A stretch of DNA of 39,456 nt, taken from UHGV virus genome UHGV-1356089; one strand, 5' to 3'. Source of the stretch: a virus. Both the position numbers and the translations under genes were made by a program. Every line of letters begins with the position of its first letter. Position 1 is the first letter of the stretch. Under the pieces are notes generated by a model. That model made no database searches. It had not been told where the DNA came from and saw only the letters and a program-made list of their open reading frames with translations. Positions 16,495-26,084 of the stretch are shown one piece after another.

Positions 16495-16504
16495 AGGAGT
16501 AATT

Positions 16505-16666
16505 ATGACAAAACGTCGTAAGAAATACCAGGAAAAAGAAGAGATTCGACACCCTGATTCACCTGAGGGATTAGTGGTAGCCGCAGCAAATAACAGGGCG
16601 TTCGCAGAGCGCCTTGTTGGTGTTTACAGACTAGCCAAAGCAGGAGTGAAACATGGGCGTCGTTAA
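16505..16666 (+). CDS. Small basic hypothetical protein (53 aa) between cII and the O-like gene
   Basis: AGGAG RBS 7 nt upstream of the ATG; overlaps the O start; not in the ORF track. Confidence 0.35.
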   Translation: MTKRRKKYQEKEEIRHPDSPEGLVVAAANNRAFAERLVGVYRLAKAGVKHGRR

Positions 16667-17483
16667 GTTAGCTGATTACAGGCCTCAACTGGAGGTCGTG
16701 GAGCATCGCGTGGCAGAACTCGAAGATGGCTACACTCTGACTGCAAACACACTGTTAGAAGCCGCCATGCTTTCTGGACTTACTCTACATCAGTTACTGA
16801 TTGTTATGGCTGTGTGGCGCAAGACATACGGTTACAACAAAAAAATAGATTGGATCGGAAACGAACAGTTCGCTGAACTCACTGGCATGGCACCAACCAA
16901 ATGTTCTACCGCCAAAAACGAGCTTATCAGAATGGGAGTTCTCATTCAGGTGGGGCGTCAAGTTGGTATGAATACAAACATTTCAGAGTGGAAAACGAAA
17001 GTTAACGGATTTGGTAAAACATTTACCAAATCGGTAAAACAAACCTTCACTAAATCGGTAAAAAGCAATTTACCGAATCAGTCAAACACAAAAGACAATA
17101 TACAAAAGACAATAAATACAAATACCCCCTTACCCCCTAACGGGGGCGGCGATGGGCAGGTTAAACCTGAACGTCGCAAGGCAGAACGAATCGACTACGA
17201 ATCCTTCCTGAACGCCTACAACACCGAAGTCGGTGACAGACTGCCACACGCTGTTGCGGTCAACGAGAAACGCAAACGTCGCCTGAAGAAAATCATTCCG
17301 CAACTGAAAACGCCAAACGTGGACGGTTTCAGAGCGTATGTCAGGGCGTTTGTGCATCAGGCCAAGCCGTTTTACTTCGGAGACAACGACACGGGCTGGA
17401 CGGCAGATTTTGATTACCTGCTGAGGGAAGACTCGTTAACGGGAGTTCGGGAAGGGAAGTTTGCAGACAGGGGGATTGCATGA
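16653..17483 (+). CDS. Replication initiator, lambda O-like N-terminal domain with a different C-terminal domain
   Basis: N-terminal region ([13 protein letters not shown]...WRKTYGYNK...NISEW) resembles lambda O; internal iterons; followed by a DnaB-like helicase. Confidence 0.8.
   Translation: MGVVKLADYRPQLEVVEHRVAELEDGYTLTANTLLEAAMLSGLTLHQLLIVMAVWRKTYGYNKKIDWIGNEQFAELTGMAPTKCSTAKNELIRMGVLIQVGRQVGMNTNISEWKTKVNGFGKTFTKSVKQTFTKSVKSNLPNQSNTKDNIQKTINTNTPLPPNGGGDGQVKPERRKAERIDYESFLNAYNTEVGDRLPHAVAVNEKRKRRLKKIIPQLKTPNVDGFRAYVRAFVHQAKPFYFGDNDTGWTADFDYLLREDSLTGVREGKFADRGIA
17011..17130. repeat. Candidate ori: iterons (TTTACC-N5-GGTAAA type) and an A/T-rich tract inside the O-like gene
   Basis: TTTGGTAAAACATTTACCAAATCGGTAAAAC plus two related units, then AAAAGACAATATACAAAAGACAATAAATACAAATAC. 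Confidence 0.55.
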
Positions 17484-18856
17484 GACAGGATATCGAAGCG
17501 AGCGTTATCGGTGGCCTGCTGATTGGTGGATTAACTCCAACCGCCAGCGACGTTCTGGCAACGCTGGAGCCGGAAGCGTTTTCAATTCCGCTCTACCGGA
17601 AAGCCTTCGAGGTTATCCGCAAGCAGGCGAGAAACAGAAACCTAATCGACGCGCTGATGGTTGCCGAGGCGTGCGGAGAGGAGCATTTCACGTCAATCCT
17701 GATGACCAGCAAAAACTGCCCGAGCGCCGCAAACCTGAAGGGATATGCCGGAATGGTCGCGGATAACTATCACCGCCGTCTGGTGCTGGAAATCATGGAT
17801 GAAATGCGTGAACCAATTCAGAGCGGAACCATCGACGCATCGAGTCAGGCGATGGATGAGCTTGTAAAGCGTCTTTCAGCCATCAGAAAGCCCCGTGACG
17901 AGGTTAAACCTGTACGGTTAGGGGAAATCATCACTGACTACACTGACACGCTTGACAGGCGTCTGAGGAACGGAGAAGAGTCCGATACCCTGAAGACCGG
18001 AATCGAAGAACTTGACGCCATCACCGGAGGGATGAACGCGGAAGACCTGGTGATAATCGCTGCTCGTCCTGGTATGGGGAAAACCGAACTGGCGCTGAAG
18101 ATTGCCGAAGGCGTTGCAAGCCGCGTTATTCCTGGTTCTGACGTCCGGCGCGGAGTATTGATTTTCTCAATGGAAATGAGCGCATTGCAGATTGCAGAGC
18201 GGAGCATTGCCAACGCCGGGAGGATGTCGGTTAGCGTGCTGCGAAATCCTGCATCGATGGATGACGAGGGCTGGGCACGTGTTGCTAACGGCATGAGTCA
18301 GCTTGCGGATTTGGATGTATGGGTAGTCGATGCCTCGCGGTTATCGGTTGAAGAAATACGCTCAATCGCAGAACGGCACAAACAGGAAAATCCAAACCTC
18401 TCACTCATCATGGCGGATTATCTTGGCCTGATTGAGAAGCCGAAAGCAGATCGCAACGACCTCGCAATTGCTCACATCTCCGGAAGCCTGAAGGCGATGG
18501 CGAAAGACCTGAAAACGCCTGTTATCTCCCTAAGTCAGCTTTCGCGCGATGTTGAGAAGCGACCAAACAAACGCCCGACAAACGCAGATTTACGTGATTC
18601 AGGAAGCATTGAACAGGACGCAGACTCAATCATCATGCTCTATCGGGAAGCGGTATATGACGAGAACAGTAGCGCCGCGCCATTTGCTGAAATCATCGTG
18701 ACGAAAAACCGTTTTGGCTCACTTGGCACGGTTTACCAGCGGTTCTGCAACGGACACTTTGTTGCATGTGACCAGGATGAAGCCAGACAGATTTGCACAG
18801 CATCAAATGCACCTGCTTCGCGTGGCAGACGATATGCACAAGGGGCTGACGTATGA
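17480..18856 (+). CDS. DnaB-family replicative helicase (P22 gp12-like)
   Basis: 458 aa; Walker [13 protein letters not shown] and DnaB-like C-terminal motifs; start overlaps the O stop. Confidence 0.9.
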   Translation: MRQDIEASVIGGLLIGGLTPTASDVLATLEPEAFSIPLYRKAFEVIRKQARNRNLIDALMVAEACGEEHFTSILMTSKNCPSAANLKGYAGMVADNYHRRLVLEIMDEMREPIQSGTIDASSQAMDELVKRLSAIRKPRDEVKPVRLGEIITDYTDTLDRRLRNGEESDTLKTGIEELDAITGGMNAEDLVIIAARPGMGKTELALKIAEGVASRVIPGSDVRRGVLIFSMEMSALQIAERSIANAGRMSVSVLRNPASMDDEGWARVANGMSQLADLDVWVVDASRLSVEEIRSIAERHKQENPNLSLIMADYLGLIEKPKADRNDLAIAHISGSLKAMAKDLKTPVISLSQLSRDVEKRPNKRPTNADLRDSGSIEQDADSIIMLYREAVYDENSSAAPFAEIIVTKNRFGSLGTVYQRFCNGHFVACDQDEARQICTASNAPASRGRRYAQGADV

Positions 18857-18929
18857 CCATCTACATCACCGAGCTAATAACAGGCCTGCTGGTAATCGCA
18901 GGCCTTTTTATTTGGGGGAGAGGGAAGTC

Positions 18930-19112
18930 ATGAATCTGGACGAGCAAGATGCACAAACTATTAGCTCATACATAAGGGCATCAAGACCAGATTACAAAGG
19001 TCCGGTATTCGTAGATTTATCTCGCCTTGAAGAGATTTACATGTGGAAAGCAAGGTTACTTACGCATTTTGTTATTCGAACGATGACTAGCAACATTACA
19101 AAACCAATGTAA
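18930..19112 (+). CDS. Hypothetical nin-region protein (60 aa)
   Basis: ORF-track ORF 18714..19112 trimmed to the ATG at 18930 with GGGAGAGGGAAG RBS. Confidence 0.5.
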   Translation: MNLDEQDAQTISSYIRASRPDYKGPVFVDLSRLEEIYMWKARLLTHFVIRTMTSNITKPM

Positions 19113-19126
19113 CTGGAGAGATGAAT

Positions 19127-19342
19127 ATGAGCACACTCGCAGACCTTATTCATGCTGATATGGCGGAAGATGGAGCAAGGCGTAATAGGTACTGGAAATC
19201 ATCAAGCCTTCCAGTTTGTGAAAGATTCAACCACAGGCCAAAACCAAAACGTAGCCGACGAGACAAGGTGTTGAAAAAACTCATGCAAATTAACATGGCT
19301 GGTTTTGTCAGATTCGTGAGTGAAACGACTAACGGGGATTGA
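19127..19342 (+). CDS. Hypothetical nin-region protein
   Basis: ORF with GGAGAG 6 nt upstream of the ATG at 19127. Confidence 0.5.
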   Translation: MSTLADLIHADMAEDGARRNRYWKSSSLPVCERFNHRPKPKRSRRDKVLKKLMQINMAGFVRFVSETTNGD

Positions 19343-19343
19343 T

Positions 19344-19700
19344 ATGGACGAATCAAGAAAGCAGTTTGAGGAATACGTTGCCAAAAAATTGAGATTACCA
19401 TTCGAGATGATAACCGAGGCGAGAAATGGTGATAGGTACTTCGCATTTTCAAGCATGGATATTCGTCACTCCTTAAATGAGTGGTGGACTTTATGGCAGG
19501 CATCGCGAGCAGCTATTGAACTGGATATCGACTGGCCAGAATCGAATGACGACTTTTGGAAAGATGGTGAAGAAGGTGCTTATGCGATGGGTTATGAGGA
19601 TGGGCGTGACAAAACGGTAATTGCAGTAATGAAAGCTATCAGAGCCGCTGGAATTAAAGAGAAGAATTTCGATGAAGCAAACAATCTTCCTCCGAACTAA
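19344..19700 (+). CDS. Hypothetical nin-region protein (118 aa)
   Basis: ORF-track ORF trimmed to the ATG at 19344. Confidence 0.5.
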   Translation: MDESRKQFEEYVAKKLRLPFEMITEARNGDRYFAFSSMDIRHSLNEWWTLWQASRAAIELDIDWPESNDDFWKDGEEGAYAMGYEDGRDKTVIAVMKAIRAAGIKEKNFDEANNLPPN

Positions 19701-20082
19701 GCAACAACAGCAAGCTGCAATAAATGCCATCCTCGCAACACCACTCGATAAAGACAAGCCAGTCACAATCCGCATTACTGACTACAAGCGCAACCTTGAC
19801 CAGAACGCAAAATTTCACGCGATGCTGGCGGATATCGCACGTCAGGTTCAATGGTGCGATAAATGGTTAAAACCAGAACAATGGAAGGTTTTGTTGATAA
19901 GCGGTCATGCAGTGGCGACAAAGCAGGAAGCTGATGTTTTGCCCGGGCTTGAAGGCGAATACGTCAACATTCGTGAGAGCAGCGCACAGATGAGCGTGAA
20001 GCGTATGGCAAGTCTGATTGAGTACACGACAGCATGGGCTATTGGTAAGGGTGTCAGATTTACCGACAGGAGGTACGAATGA
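19672..20082 (+). CDS. ninB: NinB (Orf-family recombination mediator)
   Basis: ...[31 protein letters not shown]... parallels lambda NinB (...VVTIQERNRSLDQNRKLWACLGDVSRQVEW...). Confidence 0.8.
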   Translation: MKQTIFLRTKQQQQAAINAILATPLDKDKPVTIRITDYKRNLDQNAKFHAMLADIARQVQWCDKWLKPEQWKVLLISGHAVATKQEADVLPGLEGEYVNIRESSAQMSVKRMASLIEYTTAWAIGKGVRFTDRRYE

Positions 20083-20255
20083 GACGACAGCGACGAAGTA
20101 TCACCGACATCATCTGCGAAAACTGCAAATACCTTCCAACGAAGCGCTCCAGAAATAAACGCAAGCCAATCCCAAAAGAATCTGACGTAAAAACCTTCAA
20201 CTACACGGCTCACCTGTGGGATATCCGGTGGCTAAGACATCGTGCGAGGAAATGA
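20079..20255 (+). CDS. ninD: NinD-like small zinc-binding protein
   Basis: 58 aa, [30 protein letters not shown]...; ATGA overlap with ninB; not in the ORF track. Confidence 0.55.
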   Translation: MRRQRRSITDIICENCKYLPTKRSRNKRKPIPKESDVKTFNYTAHLWDIRWLRHRARK

Positions 20256-20659
20256 CAATGCTTTTAATTCAACCTGGATTTGGACTTAGCATCAAAAAAG
20301 GCCACATGTTTGGCGAGAAAGAGTCACAACGAAAAATGGTGTCTATCCGGTTGCCATTTATCAGTATTTATTGGCTAAACAGGGAGGCAACAAATTATTG
20401 GTATACATGCGCCAGAGCAGCATTTAACGACCCTGACTGGTTTGTGAAAAACCACCACGCAGTTCGTCAGGCAAAGAGAAAGGCCAACATGACATACATG
20501 AAGGCGTATCAAAAAGCATGGAAAGAACACCGCGATCGATACCAACAAGACATGGAAAAGCTTGAATCAGAAAACATGGAATTAAGACGAAAGCTTGGTG
20601 AAGCAAAACGAGACATTGATGCTTACAAGCGACTTTTTAATGGTGAAAGCCATGCTTAG
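20252..20659 (+). CDS. Hypothetical nin-region protein with C-terminal coiled coil
   Basis: ORF-track ORF trimmed to the ATG at 20252, which overlaps the ninD stop. Confidence 0.5.
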   Translation: MTMLLIQPGFGLSIKKGHMFGEKESQRKMVSIRLPFISIYWLNREATNYWYTCARAAFNDPDWFVKNHHAVRQAKRKANMTYMKAYQKAWKEHRDRYQQDMEKLESENMELRRKLGEAKRDIDAYKRLFNGESHA

Positions 20660-20828
20660 CCCATCCCAATCCCTTCAATACCAGAAAGAAAGCGTCGAGC
20701 GGGCTTTAACGTGCGCTAACTGCGGCCAGAAGCTGCATGTGCTGGAAGTTCACGTGTGTGAGCACTGCTGCGCAGAACTGATGAGCGATCCGAATAGCTC
20801 AATGTACGAGGAAGAAGACGATGAGTGA
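20652..20828 (+). CDS. ninF: NinF-like protein
   Basis: [50 protein letters not shown]... matches lambda NinF as remembered. Confidence 0.65.
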   Translation: MLSPSQSLQYQKESVERALTCANCGQKLHVLEVHVCEHCCAELMSDPNSSMYEEEDDE

Positions 20829-21033
20829 TTACATGAAATGGTATCTCTGCCACCGCTGGTTAATTAAGTTTGCTGTAAAAGACTGGATGACAGCGGATGC
20901 CAACAAGCTTAAGCAACGAAAGGACTATTACTACGCCAGAATGAAGGAAAACTACTGCTCAATTCGCACTCGCATATTTATTAAAAAAGACCTTCAGTCA
21001 ATTCTTCAATTGCGAGGGAAGGTAAATGGCTAA
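20821..21033 (+). CDS. Hypothetical nin-region protein (70 aa)
   Basis: ORF overlapping its neighbours' ends. Confidence 0.5.
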   Translation: MSDYMKWYLCHRWLIKFAVKDWMTADANKLKQRKDYYYARMKENYCSIRTRIFIKKDLQSILQLRGKVNG

Positions 21034-21316
21034 CCTACGCAAAGAAGCACGCGGCAGAGAATGCCAGGTACGTATTTACGGCGTATGCAATGGTAATCCT
21101 GAAACTACAGTTCTGGCACATTACCGGATGGCTGGAATTTGCGGAACGGGAATGAAGCCTGACGACCTGATCGGCGCATGGGCTTGTAGCGCGTGTCACG
21201 ATGAAATCGACCGACGCACCCATAACCTCGACAACAAAGACGCCAGACTTTACCACCTCGAAGGCGTGATCAGGACGCAGGCGATACTGCTGAAGGAGGG
21301 GAAGATTAAGTCATGA
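21026..21316 (+). CDS. Cys/His-rich nin-region protein (DUF1364-like, putative nuclease)
   Basis: 96 aa with CQVRIYGVCNG...AWACSACHDEID cysteine/histidine pattern. Confidence 0.55.
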   Translation: MANLRKEARGRECQVRIYGVCNGNPETTVLAHYRMAGICGTGMKPDDLIGAWACSACHDEIDRRTHNLDNKDARLYHLEGVIRTQAILLKEGKIKS

Positions 21317-21675
21317 ACGAATATCAGTTTGTGCTTCCATACCCGCCGTCGGTGAATACCTACTGGCGAAGACGGGGAAGCCAATACTACATCAGCGATA
21401 AAGGCCAGAAATACCGAAAAGACGTTCAGCAAATCATCCACCAACTCAAGTTAGATATTTTCACCAAATCACGGCTCCGCATCAAAGTCATCGCAGACGT
21501 TCCAGACTCCCGCCGCCGCGACCTCGATAACATCCTGAAAGGTTTACTCGACTCTCTTATCCACGCCGGATTTGCGGAAGACGACGAGCAATTCGATGAC
21601 ATTCGCGTAATTCGTGGTGTGAAAGTACCAGGCGGACGGCTTGGAATAAAAATCACCGAACTGGAGAACGTATGA
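21313..21675 (+). CDS. rusA: RusA-family Holliday junction resolvase
   Basis: 120 aa; PYPPSVNTYWRRRG...DVPDSRRRDLDN...DDEQFDDIRVIRGVKVPGGRLGIKITE matches RusA motifs. Confidence 0.85.
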   Translation: MNEYQFVLPYPPSVNTYWRRRGSQYYISDKGQKYRKDVQQIIHQLKLDIFTKSRLRIKVIADVPDSRRRDLDNILKGLLDSLIHAGFAEDDEQFDDIRVIRGVKVPGGRLGIKITELENV

Positions 21676-21860
21676 ACGCCACAATTCAAACGATACCAGA
21701 GCTTCTTATCCAGACACGAGGCAATCAGACCGAAGTGGCAAGGATGCTTTCCTGCGCAAGAGGAACAGTGCTCAAGTACAACCGAGACAGCAAAGGCGAG
21801 CGTCATGTAATAGTTAACGGCGTCCTGATGGTCACGCCAGGAAAAAAGGGAAGACGATGA
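21672..21860 (+). CDS. ninH: NinH-like protein
   Basis: 62 aa immediately before the Q-like gene; start overlaps the rusA stop. Confidence 0.55.
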   Translation: MNATIQTIPELLIQTRGNQTEVARMLSCARGTVLKYNRDSKGERHVIVNGVLMVTPGKKGRR

Positions 21861-22375
21861 GCATAAGAGAGCTAAACCTCACCAAAGAACAGCACGATTG
21901 GCTGAATGGCTGGCTTGAGCTGTGGGGCGCATGGGTTTATTCAGGTCGTCTGGAAAAGCGCATGAGCAGCGTAATAGCGAAGTTCATGGAGAGCGTAGAG
22001 CCGGGAAGAGTTATGACAAGGCCAATGTGTAATGATGATGATGGAATGTTGATTTCTCAGGTCGTCGATTCCGTCATGTACATTGACAAGAAAGCCTTTG
22101 GCATCCTCCTCAGCTACTACGCTCATGGTTCATCTAAGCGAGCAATTGCATCCTACTATCACGCGACTGCAAAGCCACGCAAGATGTGTGGACGTGGTGG
22201 CGAGGGATGGAGAAAACCTTCACTGGCAACCTGTAGAAACGAAATTGACGACATCCTGAAAGCGTCGTTATTTGTTTTGTACCAACCAATGCAAAATGCT
22301 TTCAAAATGCGTAAACGTGTTGAGAAAGTTAAGCATGTTGCTGTTAAAAGCCTTGACATGCAATTAGCCATTTAG
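21857..22375 (+). CDS. Late-gene antiterminator Q (phage 82/P22 gp23-type)
   Basis: N-terminal LNGWLELWGAW... and ...MCNDDDGMLISQ... resemble the Q82-type family; immediately upstream of the pR'/tR' elements. Confidence 0.65.
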   Translation: MSIRELNLTKEQHDWLNGWLELWGAWVYSGRLEKRMSSVIAKFMESVEPGRVMTRPMCNDDDGMLISQVVDSVMYIDKKAFGILLSYYAHGSSKRAIASYYHATAKPRKMCGRGGEGWRKPSLATCRNEIDDILKASLFVLYQPMQNAFKMRKRVEKVKHVAVKSLDMQLAI

Positions 22376-22382
22376 CCATAAT
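22353..22382 (+). promoter_or_regulatory. Candidate late promoter pR' (-35 TTGACA, 18-bp spacer, -10 CATAAT)
   Basis: TTGACA at 22353-22358 and CATAAT at 22377-22382, at the 3' end of the Q-like gene. Confidence 0.5.
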
Positions 22383-22423
22383 ATTCACATATGCTGCTGC
22401 TTTTGCATTCAGCAACCATCACA

Positions 22424-22447
22424 AGCCCACCTCCTGTGGGCTTTTTT
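22424..22447 (+). terminator. tR'-like intrinsic terminator
   Basis: AGCCCAC-CTCCT-GTGGGCT followed by TTTTTT, about 40-45 nt downstream of the candidate pR' -10. Confidence 0.65.
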
Positions 22448-22569
22448 GCATTCGCGTGCAATCAAAACAAGAGTCTTAGTGATATGGGCCTGAGATATGG
22501 TGGTGGAAACATCGCTCCGCTCTTGGCTGTCATATCTACGCGAACAGGCTCTATCCCTAAGGTAAAGCG

Positions 22570-23082
22570 ATGAAAGAAATAAAATTAACGCCAGAAATGG
22601 TGCTTTCTGTTGTTGATTACAATCCATCATCAGGCGACTTTCACTGGAGATGGAGGCGGGGAAGAGAGAGGACCACTTTGACATGGAACTCTCGTTTTGC
22701 TTTCAAGAAATGCTCATCAATAAATTCTGATGGGTATTTAATGATTATGATTAATGGTAAAGCATACCCTGCTCACAGACTGGCATGGTTGATTGTTTAT
22801 GGCACCATGCCCGATGGTTTTATTGATCACATCAACAGGGTAAGAACAGATAACCGGATATCAAATCTTCGTCTTGTCACTCATTCCGAAAATATGCAGA
22901 ACAGGAAAATTCAGAAGAATAATAAATCTGGATACCGTGGCGTGTCTTGGGATGCTAAGTACGGGAAATGGAGAGCAAGAATTAATGCGTCTGGAAAGTG
23001 TATTAACCTTGGATACCATGATACTGCCGAACTTGCCGCTGCGGCTTTTGAGGCCGCCAGAATGAAATATCATACCGTTTAA
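22570..23082 (+). CDS. HNH endonuclease with C-terminal AP2-type DNA-binding domain (homing-endonuclease-like)
   Basis: YPAHRLAWLIVYG...IDHINRVRTDNRISNLRLVTHSENMQN (HNH) then YRGVSWDAKYGKWRARI...LGYHDTAELAAAAFEAAR (AP2-like); AAGGTAAAG RBS. Confidence 0.75.
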   Translation: MKEIKLTPEMVLSVVDYNPSSGDFHWRWRRGRERTTLTWNSRFAFKKCSSINSDGYLMIMINGKAYPAHRLAWLIVYGTMPDGFIDHINRVRTDNRISNLRLVTHSENMQNRKIQKNNKSGYRGVSWDAKYGKWRARINASGKCINLGYHDTAELAAAAFEAARMKYHTV

Positions 23083-23573
23083 AGATGTAAGCTGCCGTTA
23101 GTGACTCTTAAGTTGCAACGGTGGCTTTTTTATTTGCACAACAGGTAAGAGCATTGAACCCGCAGACCTCGCGGAATTGGTGAAAGGTGCCGCGCAGTGC
23201 TCTTATCGTTGTGGTGAATGCACAGGCTGATGTGTAAGGGCAAGAATCTTTCGCTGGATTCGGTGTGGCCACGTAGCCCGCTGTAGGCAGTTGCAGCAAA
23301 CCGGAGATCAGCACCGGTCGCCACAATCCAAACTGAGCCGTAGCCACTGGCTATCATGAATTCATCGGTGATAGTTACGCTGCGGCCTTCTACACATGAC
23401 CTTCGTGAAAGCGGGTAGCAAGAGGTTGCGCTAACAACCTCCTGCCGTTTTGCCCGTGCATATCGGTCACGAACAAATCTGATTACTAAACACAGTAGCC
23501 TGGATTTGTTCTATCAGTAATCGACCTTATTCCTAATTAAATAGAGCAAATCCCCTCAATGAAGGGGTAGAGC

Positions 23574-23777
23574 ATGTACCGTATGGACAAAATCAGAGAA
23601 TGGTTCAGTTACAGCTTCGGAGGACTGACTGCGATGGGTGGCATTCTCTCCCTGAATGACTGGGCTGTCATCATTGGTATTCTTTGTACTGTCGGCACAT
23701 TTGGCATCAACTGGTACTACAAGCGCAAAGAGCGCGAGGACAGATTGAATGGCAATGTCACCGGCACTACGAAATAG
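23574..23777 (+). CDS. Small holin (pinholin-like) with possible dual start
   Basis: 67 aa beginning MYRMDK (two in-frame Met), hydrophobic core, charged C-terminus KRKEREDRL; directly precedes a SAR endolysin. Confidence 0.7.
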   Translation: MYRMDKIREWFSYSFGGLTAMGGILSLNDWAVIIGILCTVGTFGINWYYKRKEREDRLNGNVTGTTK

Positions 23778-24252
23778 CGTAATAGCGGCGATAAGTGGCG
23801 GGGCTATTGCTATAGCATCTGTGTTAATCACTGGACCAAGTGGTAACGATGGTCTGGAAGGTGTCAGCTACATACCATACAAAGATATTGTTGGTGTATG
23901 GACTGTATGTCACGGACACACCGGAAAAGACATCATGCTCGGTAAAACGTATACCGAAGCAGAATGCAAAGCTCTCCTGAATAAAGACCTTGCCACGGTC
24001 GCCAGACAAATTAACCCGTACATCAAAGTCGATATACCGGAAACAACGCGCGGCGCTCTTTACTCGTTCGTCTACAACGTGGGGGCTGGCAATTTCAGAA
24101 CATCGACGCTTCTTCGCAAAATCAACCAGGGCGATATCAAGGGCGCATGTGACCAGCTGCGTCGCTGGACATACGCTGGCGGTAAGCAATGGAAAGGGCT
24201 GATGACCCGTCGCGATATTGAGCGTGAAGTCTGTTTGTGGGGGCAGCAATGA
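23749..24252 (+). CDS. SAR endolysin (T4-lysozyme-type muramidase with N-terminal signal-anchor-release segment)
   Basis: N-terminal [22 protein letters not shown] then [22 protein letters not shown]...; closely resembles the phage 21 R endolysin as I recall it. Confidence 0.85.
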   Translation: MAMSPALRNSVIAAISGGAIAIASVLITGPSGNDGLEGVSYIPYKDIVGVWTVCHGHTGKDIMLGKTYTEAECKALLNKDLATVARQINPYIKVDIPETTRGALYSFVYNVGAGNFRTSTLLRKINQGDIKGACDQLRRWTYAGGKQWKGLMTRRDIEREVCLWGQQ

Positions 24253-24686
24253 GCAGGTTAACCGCGATTATCTCCGCTCTGGTTATTTGCATCATCGTCT
24301 GCCTGTCATGGGCTGTTAATCATTACCGTAATAACGCCATCGCCTACAAAGAGCAGCGCGATAAGGCCGCATCCATCATCGCTGACATGCAGAAGCGTCA
24401 ACGTGATGTAGCAGAACTCGACGCCAGATACACAAAGGAGCTTGCTGATGCTAACGCGACTATCGAAAGTCTCCGTGCTGATGTTTCTGCTGGTCGTAAG
24501 CGCCTGCAAGTCGCCGCCACCTGTGCAAAGTCAACGACCGGAGCCAGCGGCATGGGCGATGGAGAAAGCCCAAGACTTACAGCAGATGCTGAACTCAATT
24601 ATTACCGTCTCAGAAGTGGAATCGACAGGATAACCGCGCAGGTTAACTACCTGCAGGAGTACATCAGGACTCAGTGCCTGAAATAA
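24249..24686 (+). CDS. Rz: Rz inner-membrane spanin
   Basis: [34 protein letters not shown]... is highly similar to lambda Rz; ORF-track start trimmed to the ATG at 24249. Confidence 0.85.
   Translation: MSRLTAIISALVICIIVCLSWAVNHYRNNAIAYKEQRDKAASIIADMQKRQRDVAELDARYTKELADANATIESLRADVSAGRKRLQVAATCAKSTTGASGMGDGESPRLTADAELNYYRLRSGIDRITAQVNYLQEYIRTQCLK
24442..24633 (+). CDS. Rz1: Rz1 outer-membrane lipoprotein spanin, embedded in Rz in the +1 frame
   Basis: Lipobox LLVVSAC followed by a proline-rich segment [13 protein letters not shown]; lies entirely inside Rz. Confidence 0.75.
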   Translation: MLMLTRLSKVSVLMFLLVVSACKSPPPVQSQRPEPAAWAMEKAQDLQQMLNSIITVSEVESTG

Positions 24687-24718
24687 TTTTTTTGCAAATC
24701 ACAAAGTCCATTTAATGA

Positions 24719-24741
24719 GCCTCGCGATGCGGGGCTTTTTT
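24719..24741 (+). terminator. Rho-independent terminator after the lysis cassette
   Basis: GCCTCGC-GAT-GCGGGGC followed by TTTTTT. Confidence 0.6.
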
Positions 24742-24888
24742 ATGTCCGCAGTAAACGCGCTTCACACGCGCGACTTATGAACACAGAACCTTTCAGGATG
24801 ACCCTTGAGGATGCCGGTTTGGTGATCGGTACCTTTCTGTGGGCCGGAATCCTGTGTGACAAGGTTCATCACTAAAAGGTAATTACTG

Positions 24889-25419
24889 ATGAAGTACCCA
24901 ACAGTTATTGTCAATGGTGTGTCCGTTCGTGTTGATGAGGATGGACGCTACAACTTAAACGATCTCCATGCAGCAGCAGTTGCAAATGGAGAGGCTACAG
25001 AGCAACAGCGCCCAAGCCAGTTTTTGCGTAGCGCGCAGATAAAACGCTTCATAAAAGCACTGGAGGCCAAAGTGCAAAAAAGCACTTTGGAACAAATTCA
25101 GCCACTTAAAATAATCAAAGGTGGTGCAGAACCAGGTGTGTGGGGTGTTGAACTTCTGGCAATCAGATATGCAGCATGGATTAAGCCGGAATTTGAAATC
25201 GAAGTTTATGAAGTTTTCAAAACGGTTGTCCGTCTCGGCGTTGGCGCAATGTCCCGTCTGAATAGAATCGATCACATCATCAATACTGAAACCAAAGCGA
25301 TAAGCCAGTGCGCAAGCCAAATGGCTAAGTGGGGCGTTGGTGGGCGAAAAAGATTGCTTCATGTTGCACGTGAGAGAGCGGCAAATGAAGTGCAAATGTA
25401 TTTGCCCGGAATGGTGTGA
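24889..25419 (+). CDS. KilA-N domain protein
   Basis: N-terminal VIVNGVSVRVDEDGRYNLNDLHAAA...PSQFLRS is typical of KilA-N DNA-binding domains. Confidence 0.6.
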   Translation: MKYPTVIVNGVSVRVDEDGRYNLNDLHAAAVANGEATEQQRPSQFLRSAQIKRFIKALEAKVQKSTLEQIQPLKIIKGGAEPGVWGVELLAIRYAAWIKPEFEIEVYEVFKTVVRLGVGAMSRLNRIDHIINTETKAISQCASQMAKWGVGGRKRLLHVARERAANEVQMYLPGMV

Positions 25420-25606
25420 TTTCGCAGGTTAATCCAGTTTTTGCATTACGGCAGTACCACGAAACAACCCAAGCCAGAAAGTGGGGAAATAACACTGGCA
25501 GCCACTGAAAGATGAACCTCCAGCCTTATGGCAAAAAAGATTCTTTGTGGTGGCGGACTGATGGAAAGACATCCTAATCAAGCAACCACTCCACAGGGCC
25601 ATAATT

Positions 25607-25981
25607 ATGAACGACCAGCAAATCGAAAAAGAAATCGTTGAGAAAGGCAAAACGGCACCGCGTGTAACACCCGAGAAAATTGAAGGCCTCATTTGCAGTG
25701 AGCATTTTTTCACTGCTGCGCAGGGTGACCACCAGGCTAAAGAAGATGACCTTATTTATAATCCGGAGCCTTATGTCGAAGCCACCCCTGATGCTCTGCA
25801 CCTTCTCACTTTCTGTGTATTGGTACTGAAGAATGGCTTCACCGTCACCGGAGAGAGTGCCTGTGCAAGCCCGGAAAACTTTGATGCAGAAATTGGTCGG
25901 AAGATTGCCCGGCAGAATGCTGTAAACAAAATCTGGATGCTCGAAGGTTACTTGCTGAAGCAGAAGCTAAGCGAACAGTAG
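25607..25981 (+). CDS. Hypothetical protein (124 aa), possibly Sf6 gene 66-like
   Basis: ORF upstream of the packaging genes; family guess from memory only. Confidence 0.45.
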   Translation: MNDQQIEKEIVEKGKTAPRVTPEKIEGLICSEHFFTAAQGDHQAKEDDLIYNPEPYVEATPDALHLLTFCVLVLKNGFTVTGESACASPENFDAEIGRKIARQNAVNKIWMLEGYLLKQKLSEQ

Positions 25982-26084
25982 TTATTACAAAAGCCATTCC
26001 CTACAGAGTGGCTTTGATAATGGCTTATACCCTACACGGGATAACTTAACTGATATCCCTTTTAACGGATAAACGGAGCCAACA

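Noticed and set aside
17461-18294. Alternative-frame ORFs (101 and 118 aa) overlapping the helicase gene
   Set aside because: Embedded in or antisense to the DnaB-like helicase CDS; Arg/Pro-rich translations typical of off-frame GC-rich sequence.
23083-23573. tRNA genes or minus-strand ORFs (75-79 aa) in the Q-to-lysis gap
   Set aside because: No GTTCGA-type T-loop or cloverleaf could be found by eye; the minus ORFs lack RBSs and would be antisense to the late operon. The region is reported as non-coding.
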